Shown: in pieces, positions 25,174-36,471 of the stretch
How the letters are laid out: each line of letters opens with the position of its first letter
Position numbering within the stretch: position 1 is the first letter of the stretch
Assembly: GCA_002104905.1 (NCBI GenBank)
Contig: MCFE01000413.1
Coordinates: forward strand, 15,611 to 79,610
Direction of reading: 5' to 3'
DNA: 64,000 nt
DNA from: Basidiobolus meristosporus CBS 931.73
Lineage: Eukaryota; Fungi; Basidiobolomycota
Notes under the pieces: model-generated
Seen by the model: only the letters and a program-made list of their open reading frames with translations
Databases searched by the model: none
What the model was told of the DNA's origin: nothing
Made by a program: the position numbers and the translations under genes

Positions 25174-25905
25174 AGACTTGTTCCATTGGATAGTGCCACA
25201 TTGCGCCATGAGTGCCAAATGATGCCATAGTATGTCCGGGAGGCCAACTGAGCCTATACTTGGCCACTGAGTGTCAAGCATAGCTCTGCATCTTCATGCA
25301 AAGCATCCCTGTGTTTCACCCATTGTGCTGGAGAATATCCATTTTTTGACCTTTTTTTTCAGGTCAATGTTGTGAAGGATGTGTAAAAGCACAAAAGGAT
25401 TGAAGTTATGCATCTAGTACTTGATACCCATGGCACTCTGAATCTAGCTCCTGTGGCTTGTAACATGTCACAAAAATGCATGGCACTATCTTGGTCCACT
25501 GGTACTATCTGGCACTATAAGTGCTTTGTACAGATCTTACTTTGGGGCTAATGATTAAATATAGTGCCAGATAGTACCAGTGGACCAAGATAGTGCCATG
25601 CATTTTTGTGACATGTTACAAGCCACAGGAGCTAGATTCAGAGTGCCATGGGTATTGAGTACCTGATGCAAGTCTTCAGTTCTTCTGTGCTCTTACATAT
25701 CTGCACAACATTGATCCACAAAAAAACATCCAAAAATGGATTTTCTCCAACACAAAGGGTGAAACACAGGGGCTGTTTTGCATGGAGATGCAGAGCTAAG
25801 CTTCACACTCTGTGGCCAAGTATAGGTTCACTTGATCTCTCTGGCACACTATAGCATCATATGGCACTCATAGCTCAATGTGGCACTATCCAACGGAACA
25901 AGTCT
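25174..25905. mobile_element. Palindromic MITE copy 2, inverted relative to copy 1
   Basis: AGACTTGTTCC...GGAACAAGTCT flanked by AAT direct repeats (25171-25173, 25906-25908). The empty site CTCAATAGGCAAAATGGG is present in the sister element at about 29840. The loop is the reverse complement of the copy 1 loop. Confidence 0.93.
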
Positions 25906-26079
25906 AATAGGCAAAATGGGATAATTGATGGCAAATTAGGTAGCTTGTGTATGGACAACTCGTTTATTGGGGCTCACTGCTTCAGGATACTCTTAGACCA
26001 ATCAATCACTAACATACTATTCTATTGGAGCAATGGTAACTAAAATGGTAAATGTTAGGATAGCTTATAGGGTGATACA

Positions 26080-26838
26080 CACTAATTTCCATTTGTATTG
26101 AACAAACATGTCACTATACCAAATTTGACTTGCAATAATACAGGTATGTAATTGCATATGTGAAGGACACATTGCAAGATAGAGAATGCAATATCTAGTC
26201 TACAAAGAAGGAAATCAAGTAGCTCAGTGTTAGAGCAAAGAATTAAGCCGTATCCCAGTGTAACTGCAGAGGAACACTTTACAGTCTTTGTAACACTGCA
26301 ACAGTGCCCAAAGATAAAGCCCACAAAATAACCTATCGCAGCATGGGAGGGAGAGACTGTGATCTCTATACCTAAGTGCAAAGATCACAAGACATTGAAT
26401 ATCTTCAAAGCTATTGAGTGCCAAGATGAAGAGTGCACTAATATTGATGAGGCTGTAAGAAGTCTAGCACAGCTTCACCCTAAGGCTAACATACCATGGA
26501 ACTATCAGGAACTCTAGGCCAAGCAGAATGCACTTGTCCTGTTCCATGAGCATTAACCTGGAATCAAGTAAGCAAACATACTTTACACCAGCATTGGTAT
26601 GCTAAGAAAGTACTACAAGAGTAGAAGAAACTATCAAACTCAGAAGAATATGGGTGTCAAGGCTAAAACCAGCAGTTTCCACAGGCAAAAAGCTCTAAAC
26701 AAACATCAAAGAAACATCAGGTAGTGGGAAAAGTAACAGTTAGGGAAATGCAAGTAGACACAGATGCACAAGTGCAACATTTATCAAGGAAAGAGAGTAC
26801 TTCTATTCAAAAAGCTCTCAGTCAAGGTAGCACTGCAG
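26080..26838 (+). pseudogene. ORF X fragment, copy 3
   Basis: Peptide PSVTAEEHFTVF...KIKPT...AIECQDEECTNIDEAVRSLA matches copy 4. Confidence 0.6.
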
Positions 26839-27071
26839 TGTTGCACAAGTCTTGGAGATATTGAAGGTGATTGGGAGGGCAGTAGATTAGACTTGCTCCA
26901 TTAGATAGTGCCACATAGTGCCAGCCTGTTTATAGTGCTGGATCAGTCCAGCACTCTACAGAACTATCTGGCACTAGAATTTCTACTATAATGGCAATGG
27001 TCGGATATAGTTACTGGTAATTTTATTCAATCTTACTTATGTTGCTTAGAATAGCACTTTCTTTGCTTTAT

Positions 27072-27940
27072 TTACTTTTCATAATGCCCCAGACACATTT
27101 CTCTCAATGGATGTCTTCTTGTATAAATATACTGTGCATTGATAAGTATCTTAACTATTTTACCTATTCTGCTGTTTTCTCCTATACATGCATTTCTACT
27201 GCATTTACCAGCATATATGCTAAATCTCCTCAGATATCCAAATGTATGCTCTACCCTCACTCTGAAATGATTAAATATCTCAATGTAGAGCTTCTGCTTC
27301 CTGCTAAGCACATCATTCCTTGTCTTCCTACATGCTGTAATGCATTCTGATATCTGACAATTCTCTCCTATATAAGCTAAGTCTGCCATACATTTCTCCC
27401 TTCCACTGAATTCTGAATGATTCTCTGCCCCAGGTGCTTTGTCATGCCTACTTGCAGCAAATGGCCCACTAAGCCTGATAATGTTACCCTCATTGTCAGA
27501 CAGTGCTTGAAGCTTCACACAGTGTGCCTTGTACTTGCCAGAATAAAAGTGCCTCTGCCCTCTGGAAGGTCTGTTAATCCTCACTGGGAAGGTATCCAAA
27601 ATACTCCTGGTATGGAACCTGTTGCTGAACACTCTGGGATATGGAAGTCTATTGGAGCTTCTGAACCTAGTATTCCAAGCTTGCTCTAAGTCATTCATAC
27701 CCTCTGCAAGGTGGTTCTCCATTGCTGTCACCTGGGAATGAAAGCTTCTAGGACTTTTGTTGCCATGGATGGTGGGATGAAACCTTGTTGGGCAATAGTT
27801 CTTGTAATAGCAGAGAAGCTTAACAAGGATCTCCTTGAGTAGATTGGGGTAGATGGTCCACAATATTGGTATAGATCTCCTCTAGTATGTCAAATGGAAA
27901 TCCAGTGATAATGATGGGATGATGAGAAAAGACCATTCCA
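27072..27940 (-). pseudogene. DDE_Tnp_4-type (PIF/Harbinger/IS5-like) transposase
   Basis: ILDTFPVRINRPS, FYSGKYKAHCVKLQ, SGPFAASRHD, MADLAYIG, RVRVEHTFGYLRRF. The 263-aa ORF is 27072-27863, with a frameshifted N-terminus up to about 27940. Confidence 0.9.
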
Positions 27941-28312
27941 ATGAGTAAGTCATATAAAATTTGGTAGGTGATTGGGCTAAGGCTAATTGATTTGATTTGG
28001 TGCAATTAGTATTATGTATCTGATTCTCATTGCATTACGATTAAATCTGCATCAATTGCCATGAATTTCAACATTATGTTGCAAAAATCATCCTCAAACA
28101 ATGACTTATTATTTTTGTTGATGCATTACTCACAAGTCTATAATCAACTAGGAAATCTGCAATTGATGGAATCTGATCTGTGTCAATGCAATCCAAGATG
28201 CATCATGCACAATATATGGAAAACTCAATAATCACATTAGTTTTCACATATATCTCATATAAGACCAGGTTAATACCAATATACTACTGTATAAGTATCC
28301 AAATCCGGCACT

Positions 28313-29560
28313 ATGATCCCTATACCAAGTCTCCACTCATCTTTAGTACTACCCAGACAAAACCCATCCCCCAGTTCACAAGAACAGTCCCAACCAGGGA
28401 AGTCAATGTCAAACTTGTTCAAGTTCTTGCCAAATTATTTTAGTATAGCCCAAGCATCTATGATGAGCCTTCATACAGATATTTGGGCACTACTCATCAA
28501 TCTAGCAGAACTATATACCTCAGAGAGTCAACAGAAATGGAAGAACCTGAGTAGAATGCTGTGGCCTGAGTTCAACATAAGGATGCCAGTGGATGTATGT
28601 AAGAAGACCTATAACAAGACAAGTTTTGAAATCAAGAATGAGCTGAGAGTGTGGTGATTTGATGAGGAGGCCACACAGGAACAGTTTTGCACATAATTTA
28701 CACAGTACAGGCCAGACACGTCTGCTTGCGCCTCAACTTTGGGAACCAAAGAGCTTTTGAATAAGTTTTTGCCTCAAATGACTAATGTATTATATAATAT
28801 ATTAGCAGAGTTGAGTGGCTTCCAAGAGCAATATACACAGGACTCATCCAGGCAACACTTCCAAAGTATCAGACAGAGGGTAAGTGAATACCTTGAGGAA
28901 TCAAATGGTGAGCTTCAAGAGAAAGAATACATACCACAAGCAACTGCGTGTAGATTGCACCAGCACTCCTTGCTGAATTCATTAACATCCCCTGCAATTT
29001 CAGCGCACCAGCACACCTCAGTCCAAACTACTCCAACACCCTTCACAAGAGCACCCTGCATTGAGTAAATACATGTTGGGTCAATGCATGCGCTTCAGAG
29101 CAAAACCACTAGAACTTGCTAAACTGCTCATTTAGACACAAGTCCATTGGAGCAGGCCAAGTTGTGTCAATAAGCAGCATCATATCAAACTCAGCCAAGG
29201 GCCTTGCCAGCACATCAAGTTGCGCCTGTGCATGCCATTACACCTGACCATCAGTGAGTTTCTTCTGGTGAACTGACAGATGATGACCCACATGAAGTGC
29301 CTCTGCCTCCAGAGCCTTTGGCAAGTAAAAGAATGCATCAGTGCATTGCACTGCAGGCTGGCTCAGCAGCATCATCTGGAGCAATTAAGCATGGCCAAGC
29401 TGCATCATTGCACTCATCAACTAGGAGGCAAAATACTGACTACAAATACATAAGTAGCCAAGAGGATAGTCAACAAGGAAGTAGTTTAGGTGTACCAAGT
29501 GAATCACTACCAAATGCTTCAGTAGTAATCCCTGTGAGGAAAAAACCTAGGAGAAGATGA
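28313..29560 (+). pseudogene. Myb/SANT-like accessory protein of the Harbinger-like element
   Basis: KWKNLSRMLWPEFNIRMPVDVCKKTYN fits a Myb/trihelix W...C.K pattern; C-terminal basic NLS-like RKKPRRR; interrupted by stops. Confidence 0.65.
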
Positions 29561-30598
29561 TGCAACTGCATTGAATTGATATTATTTGTCATGATCCAAA
29601 CAACTCATTTTTTTTGCAATCCAACTCACACCACCACAAATCAGTGATCACTAAAACTCTGATATAAGCAATATTAAGGTTGTCTCACATTTGAGACAGA
29701 ACTCCTATAAATAAACACCCTACATATATATATATCATCTGTTACACCAGTGTAGCCATTTGATCCATTTTGCATCTGCTTGATTGGTTGCATGTGGGCT
29801 ATGATGCCTTGTTGAATCACTAGGATCAGGGATTTACTTGCTCAATAGGCAAAATGGGATACTTAATGGCAAATCAGGTAGCTTGTGTATTGGCCAAAGA
29901 GCCAATTGGGGACTTGCAGCTTCAGGATACTTTTGGACCAATTAACTGCTGAGATACCATCCAATTAGAGTGATGGCAACCAAAATGGTAAGTATCAGTG
30001 TAGTTTATAGTGTGATACTCATTTATCTCTATTTGCATTAAAGAAACGTATCCAAATACCAGATTATACCTACCATAATAGCAGTATCTAATTGTGCACA
30101 TGCTGCAAACAGTACAAGTTGGTGCAATCATCCGTGTCAACCTCATTGTGTCAGGTTGTGCAATAGTGTGCAAGATCATCCCACATGGTACAAAATTGTC
30201 CAAGAGCAATCCTGCCTACTGGTAGTTAAAATATTGTGCCCAATTGTTCTTAGAGACCATGGATTGTGCCATGCACCCTGGACAGTACAATGGAACAAGT
30301 CTATTATGTGATTTTCACTTAATGACTTATTGGGTGCAAAAGTGGTATTAATACTTTTACATAGTCTTGGCATAACTAGCATATAGATTAGGCTTAAGGA
30401 GGTCCCAAGAGCATGTGTGCAAAGCTTGGGGCTGCTTGGACAACTTCTAGATTTTTTGTGTTCTGGGAACTCAACATTTTGGTGAAAAATATTATAAGTC
30501 CCAACAATGAATTTGTCAATTATAGCCAAGATTTGAAGGTAATGATCTGAGTGACTAACTTAGGTGAGTATTTAGGTAGAATTGCAAATTTTACAACA

Positions 30599-30929
30599 CT
30601 TCCACTTAACTAAGTGTTCATACTGACTGGTCCTATTTGTGGCCTAAGATATTCAAATTTGTTTCTAGCAAATGGGTTGGTAAATATGTCTGAACTCATT
30701 TCATCTGTAGGCCAGTATACAAAGTTAACTAGTCATTCTCTATAGCTTCACATATGAAATGATGTGCATTATCTATGCTCTTAGTTCTGGCATAAAATTT
30801 GGATTTCTACCAAATTGTATGAATCCTTGATTATCATGATATAAAGCAATTGGTGGTTTGTTACATAAGCCTAAATCTTCAAAAAGCCATCTTAGCCGCA
30901 TTGCTTCTTTTGTAGCTTCCCAGCTGGTG
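30599..30929 (-). pseudogene. Copia RNase H C-terminal remnant
   Basis: Colinear with the RNase H end at about 40080-40400; adjoins the family C LTR. Confidence 0.75.
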
Positions 30930-32800
30930 CACTGCAAGGTCTACCACCTCATCTGCCAGTATTTGCAATAAATCTTTGCAATATTCAAGTGCATTTCTTG
31001 AGCACTGCTCTTGAAGAAGTGCTGCAACCTCTTGGTGTGCCTATTAACATTCCAAAACTCCATTGAAGGCATCAAGATAGTCTTTTGAGCTCTTGATGTT
31101 GTAGTCTTGCCTGTCAGTGGGATTTCCACTCTGTCACCAATGGAGGATGTGGAGGCTATGGTAGACAAATTGCCTTTTTCTGCAAACTCATCTACCTGGC
31201 TGGAGTGTAGCTCAACTGGCTGCACATCCAACTCTTGTGAGAACAGCTGTTTTCTTGTTGGAAATTCTTGTGAGCTATGATGGGAATCAGTGTGTTCTGG
31301 GCTTGCATCATTGATTGGCCAGAACTGCAGTTTTTTGCATACCTCCCTGTCTCAGGCTTGGGTAGACATTTTTCCCTTTACCATTTCCTTTTTCTCTGCC
31401 AGGTCTTTCACTGCTACTCTGTCTGAGTGCTTCTTTTAATGAAATACATTTTCTCTTTGATATGTTCTGCTCTGATGCATCTGTTTTGGCCTGCTTGTCC
31501 CTTGCTGGCACTCTTCTGGCAACCTGATGTTTCTTTTCCGCTTGTTTTGAGCTCTCAACTATAGTTGTGACAGGCTCCTGTAAGAACCACTGGTTTTTGT
31601 TGCTGCCAGGTCCTTCACTGATACTTTGACTGAATGCTTCTTGAGTAGTACTATGCTTTCTCCTTGATAAATGTTGTGCTGGTGCATCCATGTCTCCCTG
31701 CTTGTCCCTAATTGGCACTCTTCTAGCTACCTGACATCTCATTGACACTTGTCTGGAGCTTTGGCCCTGCCTGTAACAGGCTCTTGTGGAGGTGACTGGT
31801 TTTTAACCATGGCACCCTTGTACTTCTGCCTTTGCTGGTTTCTGCTATTCTCAAGATACTCTCTTAGCACACCAATACTGCCCAAAATCCGTATGCCTGT
31901 TTGAATCCGGGATAATGCTCATGGAACAAGTCAAGTGCTTCTGCTTGGCCTTGAGTTCCTGATGGTCCCATGATATGCCAGCCTTGAGATGATAGCATGC
32001 TAGACTTCTGACAGCCTCTTGAATATTAGCCTGCTCTTTATTGTTGCACTCAATGGCTGCACAGATCTTCAATATCTCTTGATCTTTATGCTTTGGTATA
32101 AACACCTCATTGTCCCCCTCCCACACTGTGATTAGTTTTGCTGTGGGCTTTATCTTTCAACACTATTGTTGTGCTTCAAAGACTGTACAATGTTCCTCTG
32201 CTGTTACATTGGGAAATGACTCAATTCTTGGCTATGATATTGAGCTACTCAAGTTCCTTCTTTGCAGCAAAGATACTGCTTTCTCTAACTGGGATATTAA
32301 TTGCTCTACACATATTATTCACTCATCCTGTTTCTGTACTATTTCCTGATTTATCTGGGCCAGCACATCTATCCCATCAGCCACTGCACCTGATTGCTTC
32401 ATTAATGCTTTGGTATGAGTTGACAGCATACTTGGTAATATGGGTGGTAGTGGTGTTGTGATGGACACTTGCTGGTCTTCAACCAAGGGTACTACATTTA
32501 CTACATTCTCATCTGCCTGAGCATAGCCGTAAGCTTGTGGCTCTACAGCGGTTCTCAATTGCCTACTTGACTGAGAGCCTGACAAGTCTACATTATTACC
32601 TTCAGTGGGCAAACTGTTAACATGGCCTTTTTTGGATGTAGTCCTGCTTATTGTACTGAATGTCAAAGCAAGCTGTTGTCCAACCATTCTTCTGTTGCTG
32701 TCAGTAGTGGGGTTTGGTTGGGAACCAGACAACTTTGCTTTATTTTTTGGCAGCATATGTATGAAAGTGAGTCAAACAAAGGGAAAGTAGTGTTACATAT
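30930..32800 (-). pseudogene. ORF X, longest copy (putative CACTA accessory/TnpA-like protein)
   Basis: Fragments 32319-32756, 31851-32126, 31308-31748 and 30941-31231 form one long decayed frame, divergent from the CACTA transposase. Confidence 0.6.
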
Positions 32801-33134
32801 GCATGTGTATGTGGTGCCACAACTTTATTTATAATGCTTACTATGGTGGGTCATCATTGAATCTTACATTCATGTAGGTGCAATGTCTCAAACACAAGAC
32901 TGCCTTAAATTCACATGAGTATTGACCAAAAAGTGATATAATAGTGTTACATTGTTGAAGGTCAAATTGTTTGCCTCATGGTCAAGACTACTTTGACTCT
33001 ACACCATAAGAGAAGAGAAAAAAGCCATGTGGCTATTGTAGCAAGCCTCTCAGCCATGAAGCATGCAGACAGCATAGGAGTATTACAAGGATCATGGGTG
33101 GTGTTCTGCCACACAACTCATATTTGACCATTCA

Positions 33135-34690
33135 TTGGTCACTATCTTACCAATATTATCTTGTTGGCCAGTTAATACTTCTATATTGGCACCCAGCTGT
33201 ATTTGTCACCTTGCGCAAACTGAGTCAAATGAGTTTGTGATGTCTTTAGGCTCACCTCAGCCTTCTGAATATGGCACACAGAGTGATAGCTCTGACAAAG
33301 AAGGTTCACTGACAGATTGTGAGCCTATCTCCCTTAACAACAGTACAATGTATGAGCCTAGTCAAATCCCAATATTCAATGAGACAACACCCATTGAGAC
33401 AAATGCCAAGGATACATTATGGAGCCAAGTGAGCTCAGTAATCCATCTATTGGTGAGTGATGTAATGTTGTGGCTAGAGAAGTGGCACATTTCTGCTAAT
33501 ATCAGTAATGGAGGCTTTTAGGATTTATCACTACTTCTTACTAAAATCATTCCTGGAAGCAACTTACTATGTACATGGTACAAGTGGACAACCATTATGA
33601 GGCTGGCAACATATGATGCAGAGACTGTCCTGATTCCAGCATGCGTTAACAGTTGTATGGCGTTCACATCCAAAAATGCTACCATTGCAACAAGTCCAAA
33701 TTGTCAGGAATCCACCACCACTGAGGGAAAACATTGTTCACACTCCGGATACATTCCGGTCATACCCTGTCTGAGGAAGCTGATGTAGTCCAACAAATAT
33801 TGCAAAGCTATACAGTACAGCACTCAGTATTAATCAAGCTCTAGCATATCCAATATAATTGATGGCAAACATTACAAACAGCTAAGAAGCAAGGGCTACT
33901 TTGAAGGTATGTATGGCCATGCCTTTGTCTTTGCACTTGATGGGGTCTCATTGAACAAGTACTCTACCAGTAAATCCTGCTGGCCATGGATTCTCATCAA
34001 TCTGATTCTGCTACCCATCTAACGGTACCAGAGCCATAATCTGATGGTAGTGTCACTGGTATCTAGCCCTAAATCACTGTCCAACCTGGATAGATACCTG
34101 TATCCATTGCTGAATGGATTTATATGCTTTCCAGCAGGATAGCAGTAAATGGCCATCATGCAAAAGCGCATATTAGTATCTACATTGGAGATACCCCAGC
34201 CATCAGCAACATAGCAGGTTTTTCTGGGCACATTGAGCTGTATTGTTGTCAGATGTGTGAGATCCATGGGATTTACTCCATAACTCTCACACATTATTAT
34301 CACCCAAACACCAGCACTAAGAACATCATCTTCCCACAGAGAGAATGTACAGAAGTCAGCATGCAATTGCAGCAAAGTTGGCAAGCTATCAGCCATTGGC
34401 CAGAATATGGAATCAATTAGAAACCAGAGATACTTAAGATAGAGGATATCTGTTGGAGCAAAAGCTTTACACTGGGAGCAATGCATTTGCTTTTCAATAA
34501 TATTTCTAAACTGATGACCAAGTTGTACATGGGGCATTTCAAGCTAAATGAGCCCTTTGAGATACCAGAGAAACTTGAAAAATTGGTAAGATATTAAAGA
34601 GTATCTGCTACTCTAAGTACTTCTCACAGGCTCCAATCAATATTCATAAGCATATGCAACAACTCAAATGCAAAGACTGGATGACCTGGA
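33135..34690 (+). pseudogene. CACTA/EnSpm-like (Transposase_21/tnp2) transposase remnant
   Basis: IPACVNSCMAF, IPVIPCLRKLM, FALDGV, SCWPWILINL, SPKSLSNLDRYLYPL, GDTPAISNIAGFSGH..YCCQMCEIHG. Truncated by a Copia at about 34700; no TIRs found. Confidence 0.8.
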
Positions 34691-34701
34691 TATGTATTTA
34701 T

Positions 34702-36140
34702 TTAGGAGGCATTCTGAAGATAAGTCAACTTGTATAGATTCCAATCTCTAATACCCAAAGCAATATGGGCACCATTTTGATCAGTAATCTTGCATTCAGA
34801 ATTGTCAAAGCTGAAACTGAGTCCTTCTGCATTGGCCTTTCTTACCAAAAGTAGGTTCTTGGATATTTCTGATACATAGAGTACTTCTTTGTTGGTAAGT
34901 GTGTGGCTTCCTTCTCTGCTTCTATGGCTTACTAGGATAGTTCCTTCTCCCACTGCAACAAGCATTTGATTGTCACCCATGAAACCCTTCTCAACTGGAA
35001 CTACTTGATGTTTGTAAAAAGAACTTTCTGGTGTGTAAAGTGTTGAGATACTCTCTAGACAGTATACCACTTCACAGAATTCCTGTTTGTGGTCATACTT
35101 AGTGCAGATATGAATAGTCTATCTTCAGTTGTTGCAGCATTGCCATACTTAGGTATCTTCTGCTTATATCTCTCTTTTGGTGGCACTTGTCTAATATGTG
35201 TCCTTTCTGTTTACAGTGGTAGCAAAACAGGTTGCTGTTGCCTTTAAAGGGTCCTGAGTATGTTCTTTGTTGGTTATCATTGCTTATTAAAGAATCCTCC
35301 CCTTCCTTCTTATTGGCACTTGATTCTACTCAGTAGCTGGTACACCTGCAGATTCCATCTCATTCTCCTGCAGGGTAATTTTGTAATTAGATTTTTTATT
35401 TCATCTCCTGGCAGCATCTTTGTATTAAAGAAAAATTGTCTAAGATACATCTTCTTAGCAGCTGAAAATAACTGGTATGTATCTCTGATGCCTTCCAGGC
35501 ATTCTTTGCCAGTTTTGCCCTTGAGAATTGAATTAGCAATTTGTCATTAATGTTGTGGCAATTGCTGTAAAAGGCACTTTATTCTTTTTGCAGTACTTTG
35601 AGGCCTTCTTTCCCATGTTCTGAGCAGGTCATTCTTCTCCCATGATGATATCCCAAAGGCCTCTTTTGTGCAGCAGCATCATCATCTTCAACTTCCATAT
35701 TTGATAGAGAGAATCTTCCCACTTTTCAGCGGAGGGAATAAATGCAGTAATAACAGTAGTAGACATAGCAGAGAGTACAGCTCTGGGCTTATAACCTGTT
35801 GTAAGTGTCTTGGAGATACTGGAAGTGATATGATAGGATAAGTAGATTCTGTGGTTTTCACTGAATGATATATTGAATGTAAAGGTATCATTTATATCAC
35901 AACATTCTCTTGCAATAACAAACACACAGAATAAGCTTGGGAAGACCCCAAGAAAGTTTATACAAAGTTTGGGCCTGCTTAGAAAACCTTGTAAGTGTCA
36001 TGTTTGAGTGCCTGATATTTGGGGAAAAAATCCAGGTGAATCCCAACATGGAATTTGGTCAGTTTTTCTCTAAGATTTGTAGGTAATGATCTAAGTGACT
36101 AACTTAGGTGAGTACTTAGTTGGATTTACATGTGTTTACA
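34702..36140 (-). mobile_element. Copia family C 5' half (gag, protease) with 5' LTR 35797-36140
   Basis: PBS GGTTATAAGCCC; EKWEDSLYQIWKLKM..LL..RGLWDII.GEE; protease region MGDNQMLVAVGEG. Confidence 0.8.
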
Positions 36141-36471
36141 AGAGTAAAAAGGGTAAACAATTCAAACCAGCTGGCACTATGATGGCCTCATTGCAGCATC
36201 TAGATGGCTGAATCAGATGAGGTCCACCCATGGGACCAAGCTATTTCCATAGGTATCTCTCTTTTGAGGGACTGGTGTGATCAGCTTCCTTTCCTATCAC
36301 AGTAGACACACAAAAGGTTGCTTCTTTGATTTATAGTTCTTACAAGATATGTGGAACTTGGAATACAGATGATACTTTTGTGCACTTGGTTGCCCATGTA
36401 CTAAAATAATTTAGAACTGCTAGGTCTTGAGTATTGTTGATATTCACCAGGAGCCTTACATGACCTAGTTT

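Larger units (their letters stand above)
22330..26070. mobile_element. PIF/Harbinger-like element copy 2, both ends lost, carrying an LTR-like insertion and MITE copy 2
   Basis: Transposase remnant on minus strand 22330-23000 (RPSRG..FYS.K.KAH, SGPFAGGRHD); Myb-like ORF remnant on plus strand 24035-25030; colinear with 27400-30020. Confidence 0.8.
26889..30302. mobile_element. Full-length PIF/Harbinger-like (PHIS, possibly Pangu-type) DNA transposon, 3414 bp
   Basis: 14-bp TIR AGACTTG(C/T)TCCATT at 26889-26902 and 30289-30302; 3-bp TSD ATT at 26886-26888 and 30303-30305; divergent transposase and Myb-like ORFs. Confidence 0.93.
26839..30598 (-). repeat. Copia family C 3' LTR (26839-26888 plus 30306-30598), split by the Harbinger-like element
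   Basis: Joining the two pieces rebuilds a sequence colinear with the LTR at 40408-40756 (reverse complement). PPT-like sequence and RNase H remnant follow at 30599-30929. Confidence 0.85.

Noticed and set aside
20933-25854. Four similar short ORFs (MGIEY.M..., MAKYRL...) on opposite strands
   Set aside because: They are by-products of the MITE inverted arms, with variable stops and no domain signal.
26839-36140. One large Copia spanning both family C LTRs with CACTA and Harbinger nested inside
   Set aside because: Flanks differ (TGCAG versus AGAGT, no TSD) and integrase and RT are missing, so it is treated as separate fragments.
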